Part shown: piece after piece, positions 40,894 through 50,649 of the stretch
Layout: each line of letters begins with the position of its first letter
Position numbering within the stretch: the stretch's first letter is position 1
Origin: a bacterium
GTDB taxonomy: Bacteria; RBG-13-61-14; DATKZS01
Assembly (NCBI GenBank): GCA_963674965.2
Contig: CAXXFL010000005.1
Span: 352,001-416,000 of the forward strand
Length of the DNA: 64,000 bases
Reading direction: 5' to 3'
Program-made: the position numbers and the translations under genes
The notes under the pieces: generated by a model
Databases searched by the model: none
The model's input: the letters and a program-made list of their open reading frames with translations, nothing else
Told to the model about the DNA's origin: nothing

Positions 40894-41706
40894 TTACTCT
40901 CCGCCGGCCCATCCCAGGCTGACGGTAAATACTCCGTTTTCCGGCTCCCTGTCCCAGGCCAGCTCGACCTCGTCGCGCAGGTCCTCGTCTATCAGAGAGG
41001 AGTAGGCGAAGGCGGGCGTGACGTAGAAGCCCCCGCTTAAGTTCACGGGCAAGGAGACCGAGGCGCTCCAGTCGTGCCACTTGTCCTCGTCCGTTCCCAG
41101 GTCCTCGGGCCCGGCGTAGTACTGGTTCAGGTAGGCTCGGGAGGCGTATCCCACGTGTCCTCCCAGCCCCAGCTCGAGGGAGAAGCCGTCCGTCTCGTAG
41201 AGGGGAAAGGAATGGGAAAGGTCGAAACCAAGATACCCGGCCGACTCGCTTCCCTCGACGTCCACGTCCATGTTGTAGGTCAAGGTGGGCGAGGCGGGCA
41301 CGTCGACTCCAATGGCCGCGAAGACCTCGGTGGTCGAGAGCCACCCGGTGTTGGGGAAGGTATAGGCGGCGAAGCCCCCGGTCAAAGCCACCGGTCCCAG
41401 CTCGTGGGTATAGGAGGCCACGTAGTCGACCTCGGTCAGGTTGCCCGTCTCGTCGCCGTATCCTCCCTCCGTCTCGCCCCAGTCGGTGGCGTCCACGTTG
41501 CCCCACACCACCAGCTCGAGTCCGCCGTCGGTTATGGTCACCGACGGCTGAACCACGCCCTCGTCGTTCAAGGGCATGCCCCTCCAAACGTACTGGGTGG
41601 CGTAGGTCACGTCCACCCCCACGCCGGTGTTTTCGCCCGCCGCCGACAAGCTCGCGAAAAGCAAAACGCAAAGCCCCATGACGCATGTGATCGAACCACG
41701 CTTCAT
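40894..41706 (-). CDS. Putative outer-membrane beta-barrel/porin (TorF/Gcw_chp-like)
   Basis: Signal peptide; TQYVWRG, VVQPSV, WGN, TEVDY pattern; alternating beta-strands; acidic composition. Confidence 0.7.
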   Translation of the reverse strand: MKRGSITCVMGLCVLLFASLSAAGENTGVGVDVTYATQYVWRGMPLNDEGVVQPSVTITDGGLELVVWGNVDATDWGETEGGYGDETGNLTEVDYVASYTHELGPVALTGGFAAYTFPNTGWLSTTEVFAAIGVDVPASPTLTYNMDVDVEGSESAGYLGFDLSHSFPLYETDGFSLELGLGGHVGYASRAYLNQYYAGPEDLGTDEDKWHDWSASVSLPVNLSGGFYVTPAFAYSSLIDEDLRDEVELAWDREPENGVFTVSLGWAGGE

Positions 41707-41759
41707 TTTTTTTCCTCCCTCGATGCCAGGTTGCAGTTATTGAGGACCCGACGGTCCCG

Positions 41760-44216
41760 TTACGCCTCTTCCTTGATTTTAAATTCCCTGACCAGCTCCT
41801 GCAGGTTTTCCGACTGGGTGGCCAGGTCCTTGGCCGATTTGGACAATTGCTGGACCGAGCTCAGGTTGGTCCTGGCGATCGAGCTTATGTTCTCGACCGC
41901 CCGCAGCACGTTGTCTCCTCCGGCCTTCTGCTCGATGGTCGCGTTCTTGACCTGCTGGGTCATCTGGGCCATGGACTCGGAGGCCCTTACCACCTGTTTC
42001 ACTCCTCCGGCCTGTTCCTTGGTGGCCATGGAAACGTCCTGGGTAAGCCGGTTCATCTCCTCGATGGCCTTCATGACCATCTCGGCGGCCTTGGACTGTT
42101 CCTGCACGGCGATGCCAGTTTCCTCGAGGTAGGTCTGGACTTTTTCCGCGCTGGCCTTGGTTTTTTCCATGGCGCTTCTGGACACGCCGGCCAAGGAGGA
42201 CCATTGTTTAGCTCCTCTTGTTCCCTCCTCGACGGTCCTTATGGCGGAGGCGGTGCTTTTCTGCACCTCCTTTATGACCTCGCCGATCTCCTTGGTGGCC
42301 TTGATGGACCGCTCGGCCAGTTTGCGCACCTCGTCGGCCACCACGGCGAACCCCCTGCCCGCGTCGCCGGCCCGGGCCGCCTCGATGGCGGCGTTCAGGG
42401 CCAGGAGGTTGGTCTGGTCGGCGATTTCCTCGATGACCTCGACGATGCCTCCGATGTCCTCCGATCTTTTACCCAGGGACTGTATTTCCTCGGAGACGCC
42501 CTCCATCATGGCGCTGACGTCGGTAATGGCGTCCAGGGTCTCGATGACGGCCTTGGAGGACGACTCGCTTTCGCGGGCGCCCACGTCGGCGTACTCGGAC
42601 ACCTGGAGCACGTTCTTTCCCACCCTCTCGACGTTGGCCACCATCTGCTCGATGGTGGTGATGGTCTCGGTCACGTTGGCGGCCATGGTCTCGGCGTTCC
42701 TGTTCACCCGGTCGGAGGTCACGCCCATCTGCTGAATGGAGGCGGTGGTCTCGTCCACGTTGGTGGCCAGCCCCTCGGCGTTGCGGGCCACGTTCTGGAT
42801 GCTGACGGCCATTTCCTCCATGGACGAGCCCGTCTGGTCGGCGGCGGTGGCCTGGTTCTGGGCTCCCCTGGTGATCTGCTCGGAGGCGGCGGCTATTTCG
42901 TCGGCGGCGGCGGCCACGGAGGCCGACGACCTTCTTATTCTGCCGACCATGGTCGACAGGTTGTCGGCCATGGAGTTGATGGAGGAGGCCAGGACCCCGA
43001 TCTCGTCTCCCCCCTTGGCCTCGACCCTTCTGGTAATGTTGCCCTGCCGGATGGAGTCGGCTATGTCCGCCATTTCCTTGATGGGAGAAGATATGGTGCC
43101 GGCCACGAACCAGATAAAGGCTATGGCGACGAGGGCCACCAGCAGTCCCACCACCACCTGCCAGAAGCTCTCCGAACGGCCCGAATCCTTGAGACGCGCC
43201 ACTATTTCCTCCGACTCGGCGGTGATGGCCTGCTTGGGCAGCAGCACCGACACGGACCAGGGGGTCTGGGAGTTGCCCAGGTGGATGGGAACGAATATGG
43301 CCAGATTATCGTCAATTTCACGAGTTACCTGTTCGCCCGCCCGAACGGCGGATACGGTAATTTCCGCCTCCTCGGGCCGGAGGTCGGCGAACTTTTTGCC
43401 CACGTACTCGGGGTTGTCGCTGGCCGCGGCGAATATGCCGTTATAGGAGACCACGGACACCGATCCTTTTCCCCCGTATATGGAGCCGTCCGCCTTTTCC
43501 GCCAAGGACTGGAGAAAGTCAAGCCTCAGGTCCACGCCGATCATGCCGTAGAAGTTTTCCTTGAACAAGATGGGAGAGATGGCCGTGGTCATCCAAACCA
43601 CCTCGTCGCCCACCGGATAAGGATATGGGTCTATCACGCATTCCCGGAGCGTCTCCTTGGGCCGAAGATAGTACTCGCCGACCCTCTGTCCGTTCTCGTC
43701 CTTTTCCTCGCTTTCGTATCCCTGGAGCGGCTCCATGGATATGGTCCCGTCGGGAGAGCGGAACCAATAGGGGACCATCCTGCCCGTGTGATCGTAACCG
43801 GGAGTGCCGGCGTAGATGTCGTCGAGCCCGTCCACGGCGTTGGGTTCCCAGCCGTTGCCGATCCCGACGAAGTCGGGGTTCTTCTCGAGCGCGCTTCTGA
43901 GAATCCCGTTGATACGGTCGCGGCCGATGTTGAGGTTTATCACGGGGTCCTTGATTCCCGAGAGGACCTGGGCCAGGGTGCGGGCCGAGTCAAGGGCGAC
44001 CTCGATGTTGGCCTTGATCTTGAACGCCTCGGCGTTGGCCTTGCCCATCACCTCTTCCCGGGCCCGGGCCTCGGCCGACTTGGTCAGGTCGTCCTGAAAC
44101 CTTTGCTGCCGTCCCGAGGAATAGGCCAGGCCGTAAACCACCAGCGAGGCCACGACCAGCACCAGGCAGATGGTCACGAGAAAAGCGATCCTAAACTGTA
44201 AAGACTGTATTTTCAT
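41760..44216 (-). CDS. Methyl-accepting chemotaxis protein (periplasmic Cache-type sensor, HAMP, extended signalling domain)
   Basis: Two TMs; PYWFR, EYYLRPK and IDPYPY Cache-like motifs; [45 protein letters not shown]. Confidence 0.96.
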   Translation of the reverse strand: MKIQSLQFRIAFLVTICLVLVVASLVVYGLAYSSGRQQRFQDDLTKSAEARAREEVMGKANAEAFKIKANIEVALDSARTLAQVLSGIKDPVINLNIGRDRINGILRSALEKNPDFVGIGNGWEPNAVDGLDDIYAGTPGYDHTGRMVPYWFRSPDGTISMEPLQGYESEEKDENGQRVGEYYLRPKETLRECVIDPYPYPVGDEVVWMTTAISPILFKENFYGMIGVDLRLDFLQSLAEKADGSIYGGKGSVSVVSYNGIFAAASDNPEYVGKKFADLRPEEAEITVSAVRAGEQVTREIDDNLAIFVPIHLGNSQTPWSVSVLLPKQAITAESEEIVARLKDSGRSESFWQVVVGLLVALVAIAFIWFVAGTISSPIKEMADIADSIRQGNITRRVEAKGGDEIGVLASSINSMADNLSTMVGRIRRSSASVAAAADEIAAASEQITRGAQNQATAADQTGSSMEEMAVSIQNVARNAEGLATNVDETTASIQQMGVTSDRVNRNAETMAANVTETITTIEQMVANVERVGKNVLQVSEYADVGARESESSSKAVIETLDAITDVSAMMEGVSEEIQSLGKRSEDIGGIVEVIEEIADQTNLLALNAAIEAARAGDAGRGFAVVADEVRKLAERSIKATKEIGEVIKEVQKSTASAIRTVEEGTRGAKQWSSLAGVSRSAMEKTKASAEKVQTYLEETGIAVQEQSKAAEMVMKAIEEMNRLTQDVSMATKEQAGGVKQVVRASESMAQMTQQVKNATIEQKAGGDNVLRAVENISSIARTNLSSVQQLSKSAKDLATQSENLQELVREFKIKEEA

Positions 44217-44258
44217 AACGCCATTCCCTTCAGGGCCCCCGATCGGCGGCCGCTAAAA

Positions 44259-45269
44259 TCAGTTCCCCAGCGCTTTGGTCAGCGCTCCCGTATCCACGAG
44301 AGTTTTGCCGTCGAAGTCTTTCTTGAGCATGCCGTTCGACGCGAGAAACGCCTTGAGGCCGGTAAGGTATTGATCGAGTCCTCCCCCCTGCTTGTTGCGC
44401 TCGAGCAGCTCGGCCGAGCCGTGAATCTTCACGGAATCCAGCATCTCTTTCAAGTCCTTTTCCGAGTAGTCCGCGTCATTGGAGAAGGTCTTCTCGTTGA
44501 GGACCTTTTGATACTCGCCCCAGTTGGCCGATTGATTGAGCCACTCGGCGGCCTTGACGTACCCTTTGATTATCTTTACCAGGTCCTCGGGCGGAATTTC
44601 CGCGAGCACGTCGGTCCTGGCGAACATGCCCTCGGGAATGCATCCCGGATAAGTGGCGCTGGTGGCGGCGACCTCTCCGTCTCCCTCTCTTTCGGCGCGC
44701 AGGGCCTGGGGATCGTAGTTGACGATGACCGGAAGCCTGCCCGCGATAAAATTGTCCGAGAGAATTTCAGGGTCCATCTCGGCGACCTTGAAGTCGGAAA
44801 TCTTTTGGCCATGCTGGGAAAGGTAGAGGTTCAGAAAATACTCGATGGAGGGGGCCTGAATATAGACGCCCATGGCCGAGCCCTTCTTGGCCCCGAGGTC
44901 AACGCCCTTTTTGACGATGATCTTGTCCCCGCCGTGGGACCAGTCCGTCTCGGCCAGGATTTTTACCGGCTCGCCATTCATGTAAAGACCCACGATGGTG
45001 CCTATCATGTCGAAGCCAAGGTCGATGCGCTTTCCCTTGATCGCGGCGTGGACTTCCTGGTTGCTGTTGAAATTGAAAACCTTGACGTCCACGCCGGCCT
45101 CCTTGAAAAAGCCCTTGGCCTCGGCCACGTGGGCGGCGGACCAGCCGATCCACTGCACGGTCCCGACTTTATAAACCCGGCCCTCCTGGGCTTTGCCGAC
45201 CTCGGAAATACCCCCGAAAACAACCGCGACCAACGCCAGGGCCAGTAACGCGTACCCGAATTTCTTCAT
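44259..45269 (-). CDS. Periplasmic solute-binding protein (NMT1/SsuA-like class II), orphan
   Basis: Signal peptide, WIGWSAAHVAEAKGFF, TDWSHGGDKI, YDP; no permease or ATPase nearby. Confidence 0.85.
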   Translation of the reverse strand: MKKFGYALLALALVAVVFGGISEVGKAQEGRVYKVGTVQWIGWSAAHVAEAKGFFKEAGVDVKVFNFNSNQEVHAAIKGKRIDLGFDMIGTIVGLYMNGEPVKILAETDWSHGGDKIIVKKGVDLGAKKGSAMGVYIQAPSIEYFLNLYLSQHGQKISDFKVAEMDPEILSDNFIAGRLPVIVNYDPQALRAEREGDGEVAATSATYPGCIPEGMFARTDVLAEIPPEDLVKIIKGYVKAAEWLNQSANWGEYQKVLNEKTFSNDADYSEKDLKEMLDSVKIHGSAELLERNKQGGGLDQYLTGLKAFLASNGMLKKDFDGKTLVDTGALTKALGN

Positions 45270-45304
45270 GTCCGTCTCCTCTTTTTTTTTCCGATCCAGA
45301 GGGA

Positions 45305-45859
45305 TCAGCTTTTTAGAATCCCGTCAAGATCGATCAGGATTATTATCCTTTCCTCCAGTTTGACCACGCCTTTGATAAAGCTCTTTTCATCCTCGACCAG
45401 GTCCTCCGAGACCATCTCGATTTCCTCGGATCGAACGTTCATTACCTCCGAGACGGAATCGACCAGAAGCCCCATCAGCTTCTGTCCCGTCTCCGCCACC
45501 ACGATCCTGCTCGCCTTGTCCAGGACCGACGGCCCGAGGCCCAGTCTCTTTTTCAGCTCGATGGCGGGAATGATCTTTCCCCGCAGGTTGATGACGCCCA
45601 GAACGTGCCGGGCGGAGTTGGGCACCCTGGTAATCTCGCCCACCCTGTTTATTTCCCTGACCCTGTCGATGGGAAGCCCGTATTCCTCCCGGTCCATGAA
45701 AAAGGTCACGATCTTGATCTCGGCCGAGCTTTTTTCCTCCTCCATCTCGATCGGGTCCGGTCCCTCGCCAAGGGACTCGAGTATGTCCTCGGCCAGGCCG
45801 TAGGGCGGCAAGACGATTTTCTTCTTGCCCTCTCCCGGTCTTTTCCCTTTTTCGTCCAT
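45305..45859 (-). CDS. cheW: CheW
   Basis: EEYGLPIDRVREI, VPNS...GVINLRGKIIP, GLLVDSVSEV. Confidence 0.95.
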   Translation of the reverse strand: MDEKGKRPGEGKKKIVLPPYGLAEDILESLGEGPDPIEMEEEKSSAEIKIVTFFMDREEYGLPIDRVREINRVGEITRVPNSARHVLGVINLRGKIIPAIELKKRLGLGPSVLDKASRIVVAETGQKLMGLLVDSVSEVMNVRSEEIEMVSEDLVEDEKSFIKGVVKLEERIIILIDLDGILKS

Positions 45860-45880
45860 GGACTTTTTACCTCCGGCCGC

Positions 45881-46255
45881 TCAGTCCCGACCGACCAGTT
45901 TTTCCACCAGTTCCCGGATTTGTTCCGGTTTCCAGGGTTTCTTGACGTAGGCGTCGGCGCCCAGTTTGAGGGCCTTCATGATGTCCTCGTCCTTGCCCTC
46001 GGTGCTTATCACGATGGTGGGAATATGGCCGAACCCGCCTTTTTCTCTCTCCTCGAGAAAGGCCAAACCGTTCATCTTCGGCATGTTTATATCGAGCAGG
46101 ATAAGCTCGACGTCGCCCTCGAGGGAGAGCTTGTCCATGGCCTCGAGCCCGTTTCCCGCCGTTACCAGCTTGCAACCGGCGTAGCCGGCGAAAATAGGGC
46201 GGTACATTTTCGCCTGCAGGGCCGAGTCCTCGACTATCAATACTTTTTTAAGCAT
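45881..46255 (-). CDS. cheY: CheY-like response regulator
   Basis: MLKKVLIVEDS, LLDINMPKMNG, KKPW; start overlaps the cheA stop. Confidence 0.9.
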   Translation of the reverse strand: MLKKVLIVEDSALQAKMYRPIFAGYAGCKLVTAGNGLEAMDKLSLEGDVELILLDINMPKMNGLAFLEEREKGGFGHIPTIVISTEGKDEDIMKALKLGADAYVKKPWKPEQIRELVEKLVGRD

Positions 46256-47927
46256 TTCGTATCTCCGCGACTCCTTCCTTGTCAATTCCGCGCCTGCCCA
46301 TCTCGATAAGCCTGGGCACGTCAACTATCAGTATCACCTTGCCGTCTCCCAGCACCGTGGCCCCCGCCACTCCCAGCGACTCGCCCAGGTACTCGTCAAG
46401 GGCCTTTATGACTATCTCCTGCTGGCCGACGAGGGAGTCCACCACCAGGCCGGCCCGGCCCTTGGCGCTCTCGACCACCACCACGTACTTGTTCTCCCCG
46501 AAGGCCGAGACCATGCCCAGGGCCTCGTCCATCCTAACCAGGGGCAGGACGCCCTCGCGCAAAGTGACGACCTCGCGATGGTTGACGTAGTGTATCTTCT
46601 CGGACTCGAGTCGGAAGCTCTCGATTACACCGGTAAGGGGGACCGCGTACAATTCCTCCTGGACCCGCACCAGGAGGGCGTTGACGATGGCGAGGGTAAG
46701 GGGAAGCTTGATCACGAACCTGGTACCGAAGCCTTTCTCGCTTTGCACCTCGATCTGGCCGTTGATCGAGGCCAGGCTGTTCTTCACCACGTCCATGCCC
46801 ACGCCGCGGCCGGAGATTTCCGTGACCCCGGCCGAGCTCGAGAGTCCGGGAATGAAAATTAGGTCGGAGTTGGATTTGCGCTCGAGTTCCTCGGCCGTCA
46901 GAATCCCGGCCTCCAGGGCCTTTCTGGCCAGGGCCTCGTAATCGACTCCCTTTCCGTCGTCCTCCACGGAGATGATGATGTGGTTGGACTCCTGGAAGGC
47001 CTTGATGCCCAAAAGGCCCCGCTCGGGCTTGCCCGCCTGCAGCCTCTCCTCGGGGGTCTCGATCCCGTGATCGACCGCGTTCCGGACAAGATGGAGGAGG
47101 GGGTCGCCGATCTCGTCTATCACGGACTTGTCAAGCTCGGTGTCCTCCCCCTCGATCTTGAGGGAGATATCCTTGCCCGAGTCCTGGGAAAGGTCCCGCA
47201 CGAAGCGGGGAAAACGAGTGAACACCTGCCGGATGGGAAGCATCCTCGCCTTCATAACCGCCTCGTGGAGCTCGGTGGTTACCTTGCCTATCCTCTCCAC
47301 CGCGTCGCCGAGTTCAAGGACAAGGCCTTTTTCGCCGAGCGTTTCCTTGATCTCGTGGTCGATCCTGCCCAGACGAGTGCGATGGATAACGAGTTCCCCC
47401 ACCAGGTCCAGTATGCCGTCGAGTCTTTTAAAGTCCACGCGCAGGACGTCGCTTTTGCGGGAAAAAAGGCCGGCGTCCCGGCCGCGTCCGGGTCCTTTTC
47501 CGGTTTTCGCGGGTGAAGGCGACTCCGCGGCGTTCAGGATGAATTCGTCCAGCGCCCCGTACTCCTCGTCCATGGGGGGAGAGGCGGGGGACTCCGGCAA
47601 TATGGAATCCACGGCGCGCCTGATGGCGTCCACCGCGTGGAACAGGAAATCGGCCACCTCGCTCTCGGGGTATATCTGGCCGGATTGAACGTGCTTGAAA
47701 AGGTCCTCGAGGCGATGGACGTAGGTCTGGATGGTCTTGAAGCCCATCATGCCCGAGTTGCCCTTGAAGGTGTGAAGAACGCCCAGGGCGTCCGCCACGG
47801 ATTCCTGATCGAAACCCTGGTCCAGGTCCCGCTCGATCCGGATAATCAGGTCCTCGAAAATCTCGAGGAATTCCCTCGAGTCCTCAAGGTATTCGCGTAC
47901 AAGTTCCTCGTGCCCGCTGAAGGTCAT
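46248..47927 (-). CDS. cheA: CheA histidine kinase (Hpt-dimerisation-HATPase-CheW; no obvious P2 domain)
   Basis: HTFKGNSG, HLVRNAVDHGIE, DDGKG, SGRGVGMDVV, LPLTLAI; 559 aa. Confidence 0.96.
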   Translation of the reverse strand: MTFSGHEELVREYLEDSREFLEIFEDLIIRIERDLDQGFDQESVADALGVLHTFKGNSGMMGFKTIQTYVHRLEDLFKHVQSGQIYPESEVADFLFHAVDAIRRAVDSILPESPASPPMDEEYGALDEFILNAAESPSPAKTGKGPGRGRDAGLFSRKSDVLRVDFKRLDGILDLVGELVIHRTRLGRIDHEIKETLGEKGLVLELGDAVERIGKVTTELHEAVMKARMLPIRQVFTRFPRFVRDLSQDSGKDISLKIEGEDTELDKSVIDEIGDPLLHLVRNAVDHGIETPEERLQAGKPERGLLGIKAFQESNHIIISVEDDGKGVDYEALARKALEAGILTAEELERKSNSDLIFIPGLSSSAGVTEISGRGVGMDVVKNSLASINGQIEVQSEKGFGTRFVIKLPLTLAIVNALLVRVQEELYAVPLTGVIESFRLESEKIHYVNHREVVTLREGVLPLVRMDEALGMVSAFGENKYVVVVESAKGRAGLVVDSLVGQQEIVIKALDEYLGESLGVAGATVLGDGKVILIVDVPRLIEMGRRGIDKEGVAEIRNA

Positions 47928-47936
47928 GGGGATGCC

Positions 47937-48329
47937 TTAAATCGCTTGGGCCGTCTTTTTCTCGAATATTTTCTCGATCAGCTCGTGAAGCCGGGAGGAC
48001 TGAAAGGGCTTCACGATATAGCCGCTGGCCCCTATTTTTATCGCCCGCAGAGTGTCCTCCTCCTTGCCTTCCGTGCTTATGACGATCACGGGTATTTGGA
48101 CGCTCTCCTTCTTTTTTCTGAATTTTCTCAGGAACTCGAGTCCGTTCATTATTGGCATGTTGATGTCCAGGAGAACGAGGTCGAAATCGGTCTCGCGCTC
48201 GAAAACGTCGAGCGCTTCCCTCCCGTTCATGGCCGAGGTCATGCAGCATCCGGCGTATTTCCTGAGCATGATTCGATACATATTGTGAATAAGCTCGGAA
48301 TCGTCAACTACCAATACTTTCTTCAACAT
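47937..48329 (-). CDS. cheY: CheY-like response regulator
   Basis: MLKKVLVVDDS, LLDINMPIMNG, VKPF; GGAGAGG RBS. Confidence 0.9.
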   Translation of the reverse strand: MLKKVLVVDDSELIHNMYRIMLRKYAGCCMTSAMNGREALDVFERETDFDLVLLDINMPIMNGLEFLRKFRKKKESVQIPVIVISTEGKEEDTLRAIKIGASGYIVKPFQSSRLHELIEKIFEKKTAQAI

Positions 48330-48484
48330 GGTTTCCTCTCCAGTTGGCGCCCTTTGCGGCGGGCCGCCCAGAATCGTCTCGTTACAAACTATTTGCCAAG
48401 TTGTGGTTTGAAGGCTTTGGGGTCTATCGCGATGGCGGGTCGTCTCGAACCCTTGATCAGCCGAAGGGCCTTTTTATGGACGCG

Positions 48485-48856
48485 TTACAACTCGATCCCC
48501 AACTCCGATATCTTATCTTTGAGGACGCGAAGATCGATAGGCTTGTCAAAATAATAATACGCGCCTTTTTCGTAGGCCTCTTTTTTGATTTCGGGAGACC
48601 CATAACCGGTCATCAATATGACCTCGGTTTCCGGACTGTGGTCCTTGACGAAGGGCAAAAGCTCGAGACCCTCCATGCCCAGGACCCCAGTCAGCCGAAG
48701 ATCGGCCAATACCAAGTCGAACCTGGTATTTTTAACGGCATACTCGGCTTCCTCGATCCTGCTCGCGGTAATCACCTCATTGTCGCCTCCGCGAAAAAAT
48801 TTACCCAGCATGGTAAGTATGCTTTGCTCATCGTCCACAATCAGGATGCGTTTCAT
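48485..48856 (-). CDS. Single-domain response regulator
   Basis: ILIVDDE, LADLRL, MTGYG, FDKP. Confidence 0.92.
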   Translation of the reverse strand: MKRILIVDDEQSILTMLGKFFRGGDNEVITASRIEEAEYAVKNTRFDLVLADLRLTGVLGMEGLELLPFVKDHSPETEVILMTGYGSPEIKKEAYEKGAYYYFDKPIDLRVLKDKISELGIEL

Positions 48857-48929
48857 GGCGATTTTATTCCCCTTTTTTCCAAAACGTTGCTTTCTATAAA
48901 GCTTCCGTCGTCTCTCGAAATATTAGTAA

Positions 48930-48945
48930 AGCAACTATCGGGCCA
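48930..48945 (-). promoter_or_regulatory. Candidate sigma54 (-24/-12) promoter for the chemosensory operon
   Basis: Minus strand TGGCCC-GATAG-TTGCT versus consensus TGGCAC-N5-TTGC(A/T), with exact GG-N10-GC spacing, about 75 nt upstream of the first gene. Confidence 0.65.
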
Positions 48946-49201
48946 TGAAGAAAGAAAGATTAATTTGCAATCTTATCGGGCCGTTGCGGGCAAGCAGTAA
49001 AAAGCGGATAAAAAAATCGTCGCGAAAAGCGACGGCTCTCATGCAAAAAGCATATTCACATTTGCCATCTTTATTGGCAAAATAGTATTAGATTGCCCGC
49101 TACCGAGGAAATATTCGCGTCCTCAATGAGATTATTATTGAGATTCAAAAGCTTATGATATAGCCTCTTGCAAAATTCCCGCTTTGGAGTGCGGCGGCTC
49201 G

Positions 49202-50649
49202 TGTACAGACCGGAGACATGCTTCACAAGTGTTCGGGCACATAGGTAACATATTTCCTCGCTTGCTCGCGCTCCTGCTATTGACCTATTTTTCCTCGACC
49301 TAAGTTTATCTATGCATCGATCACGTGGCCAGTCAAGGGCGGCGCAGCCGTCCCGCAGGGATTTACCCTTGACGGGCCTCGTGGAGATGCTATCGTCCTC
49401 ATGGTCGAGAAAACCTTTTATCACGTTTGCCTCCAGCTATGGTCTCGCAGATCGACGACCATGATCCGTTGGCGGCAGTAATAAACCTCGATCACGCCGT
49501 CCACTTGTGTATTTCGCAAGCCGACCTTTTCACCAACGAAGGCCCGCCCCACCGGATAAAACTCGCCTTTGATTCTAACCGCCCCGCCCGGGTTCACCTT
49601 GCAAGTCGGCCAATCATCCCGATACCAGACTTCGGGCAGAGTCTCGGGATAGGCAAAGGGGCTCATCGCGTAACGGCTGGCCGGCGTGTTCATGTCCAGG
49701 GCCTCGTGGGGACGTTCATGGTTATAGCAGTCGCGAAAACGGTCGAAGGCTTTCTGACAGTCGTTCAGGTCGCCGAAGTTGCGTCCCCTTATCGCCTCCT
49801 CCTTAAGGGTCCGGTTGAACCGCTCGTTCTTGCCCTGGGTCTGGGGATGAAAGGGACGGCCGTGGCTGATGCCGACGCCGAGCCTGATCAGCCAGGCGCT
49901 CATGTAGTTGTAACGCGAGTTCGGCGCGCAGAAGCTCGATCCGTTGTCGGTAAGTATGCGGCTGGGCAGGCCGTAGCGCATGAAGACCGGCGCCAGGCTT
50001 GCCCGCACGGTGTCCGCCCGTTCGTTGGAGCAGGCGGTGACCGTCAACGCGAACCTGGAGTGGTCGTCCACCACGGTGAGAGGGTGACAGGAACCGGCCG
50101 CCGTCGGAAAATGTCCCTTGAAATCCATCTGCCACAACTGGTTGGGAGCCTCTCGTTCGAAACGCTTCATGGGACCGCGAGCCTTGCGCTGGGCGTCCCG
50201 CAGCCTGCCGTTGCGGTCGAGGATCGCCGTGATCGTGCTCGGCCTTGGCACTTCGTCGTGACCAAGATCGATCAGCCGCCGCTCGATTTTGCGCCCTCCC
50301 CAGGTCGGATGCTCGTCGCGAACCGAAAGCACCAACTGCTCGACCTCCGGGCAAACACGCTGGGGAGATCGCCTGGGACGGCGGGACCTGTCACATGCCC
50401 AGTCCTCTTCACCGCTTTGCCCACGGCTGATCCACTTGTAGCCGGTGCGGCGACTGATACCGAATCGACGGCATAACTCGCTTATGTTGGAACCTGGCTG
50501 CATCGCTAAATAAACAAAATCCTTCCTCTGAGACACTTCGGTAACCTCATTCCATGGCATCTTTCTTCTCCTGTATTGACATACAGAAGAATGTACCAAC
50601 TGTTACCCATGTCTCCGAACACCTGTTACCCATGTCTCCGGTCTGTACA
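49202..50649 (-). mobile_element. IS481-family insertion sequence (1448 bp)
   Basis: Perfect 19-bp terminal IR TGTACAGACCGGAGACATG; second internal binding repeat 23 bp in at both ends; CTCG duplicated at 49198-49201 and 50650-50653. Confidence 0.93.
49421..50560 (-). CDS. IS481-family transposase (HTH + rve DDE)
   Basis: MPWNEV, CRRFGISRRTGYKW, WQMDFKG, DDHSR, TDNG, PQTQGKNERFNRTLK. Confidence 0.95.
   Translation of the reverse strand: MPWNEVTEVSQRKDFVYLAMQPGSNISELCRRFGISRRTGYKWISRGQSGEEDWACDRSRRPRRSPQRVCPEVEQLVLSVRDEHPTWGGRKIERRLIDLGHDEVPRPSTITAILDRNGRLRDAQRKARGPMKRFEREAPNQLWQMDFKGHFPTAAGSCHPLTVVDDHSRFALTVTACSNERADTVRASLAPVFMRYGLPSRILTDNGSSFCAPNSRYNYMSAWLIRLGVGISHGRPFHPQTQGKNERFNRTLKEEAIRGRNFGDLNDCQKAFDRFRDCYNHERPHEALDMNTPASRYAMSPFAYPETLPEVWYRDDWPTCKVNPGGAVRIKGEFYPVGRAFVGEKVGLRNTQVDGVIEVYYCRQRIMVVDLRDHSWRQT

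Noticed and set aside
41847-44201. 784-aa plus-strand ORF antisense to the MCP
   Set aside because: Shadow ORF caused by high-GC codon bias; no motifs; the opposite strand is a clear MCP
48383-48398. Second sigma54-like site TGGCAA-ATAGT-TTGTA upstream of cheY
   Set aside because: The -12 GC is replaced by GT; too weak to call without TSS data
49071-49424. 117-aa ORF downstream of the transposase
   Set aside because: Crosses the IS end, the MITE and host DNA, so it is a chimeric chance frame
50601-50640. 17-bp direct repeats resembling a mini CRISPR array
   Set aside because: Only two units with a 6-nt gap, mirrored at the other IS end; these are transposase-binding repeats, and no cas genes are present
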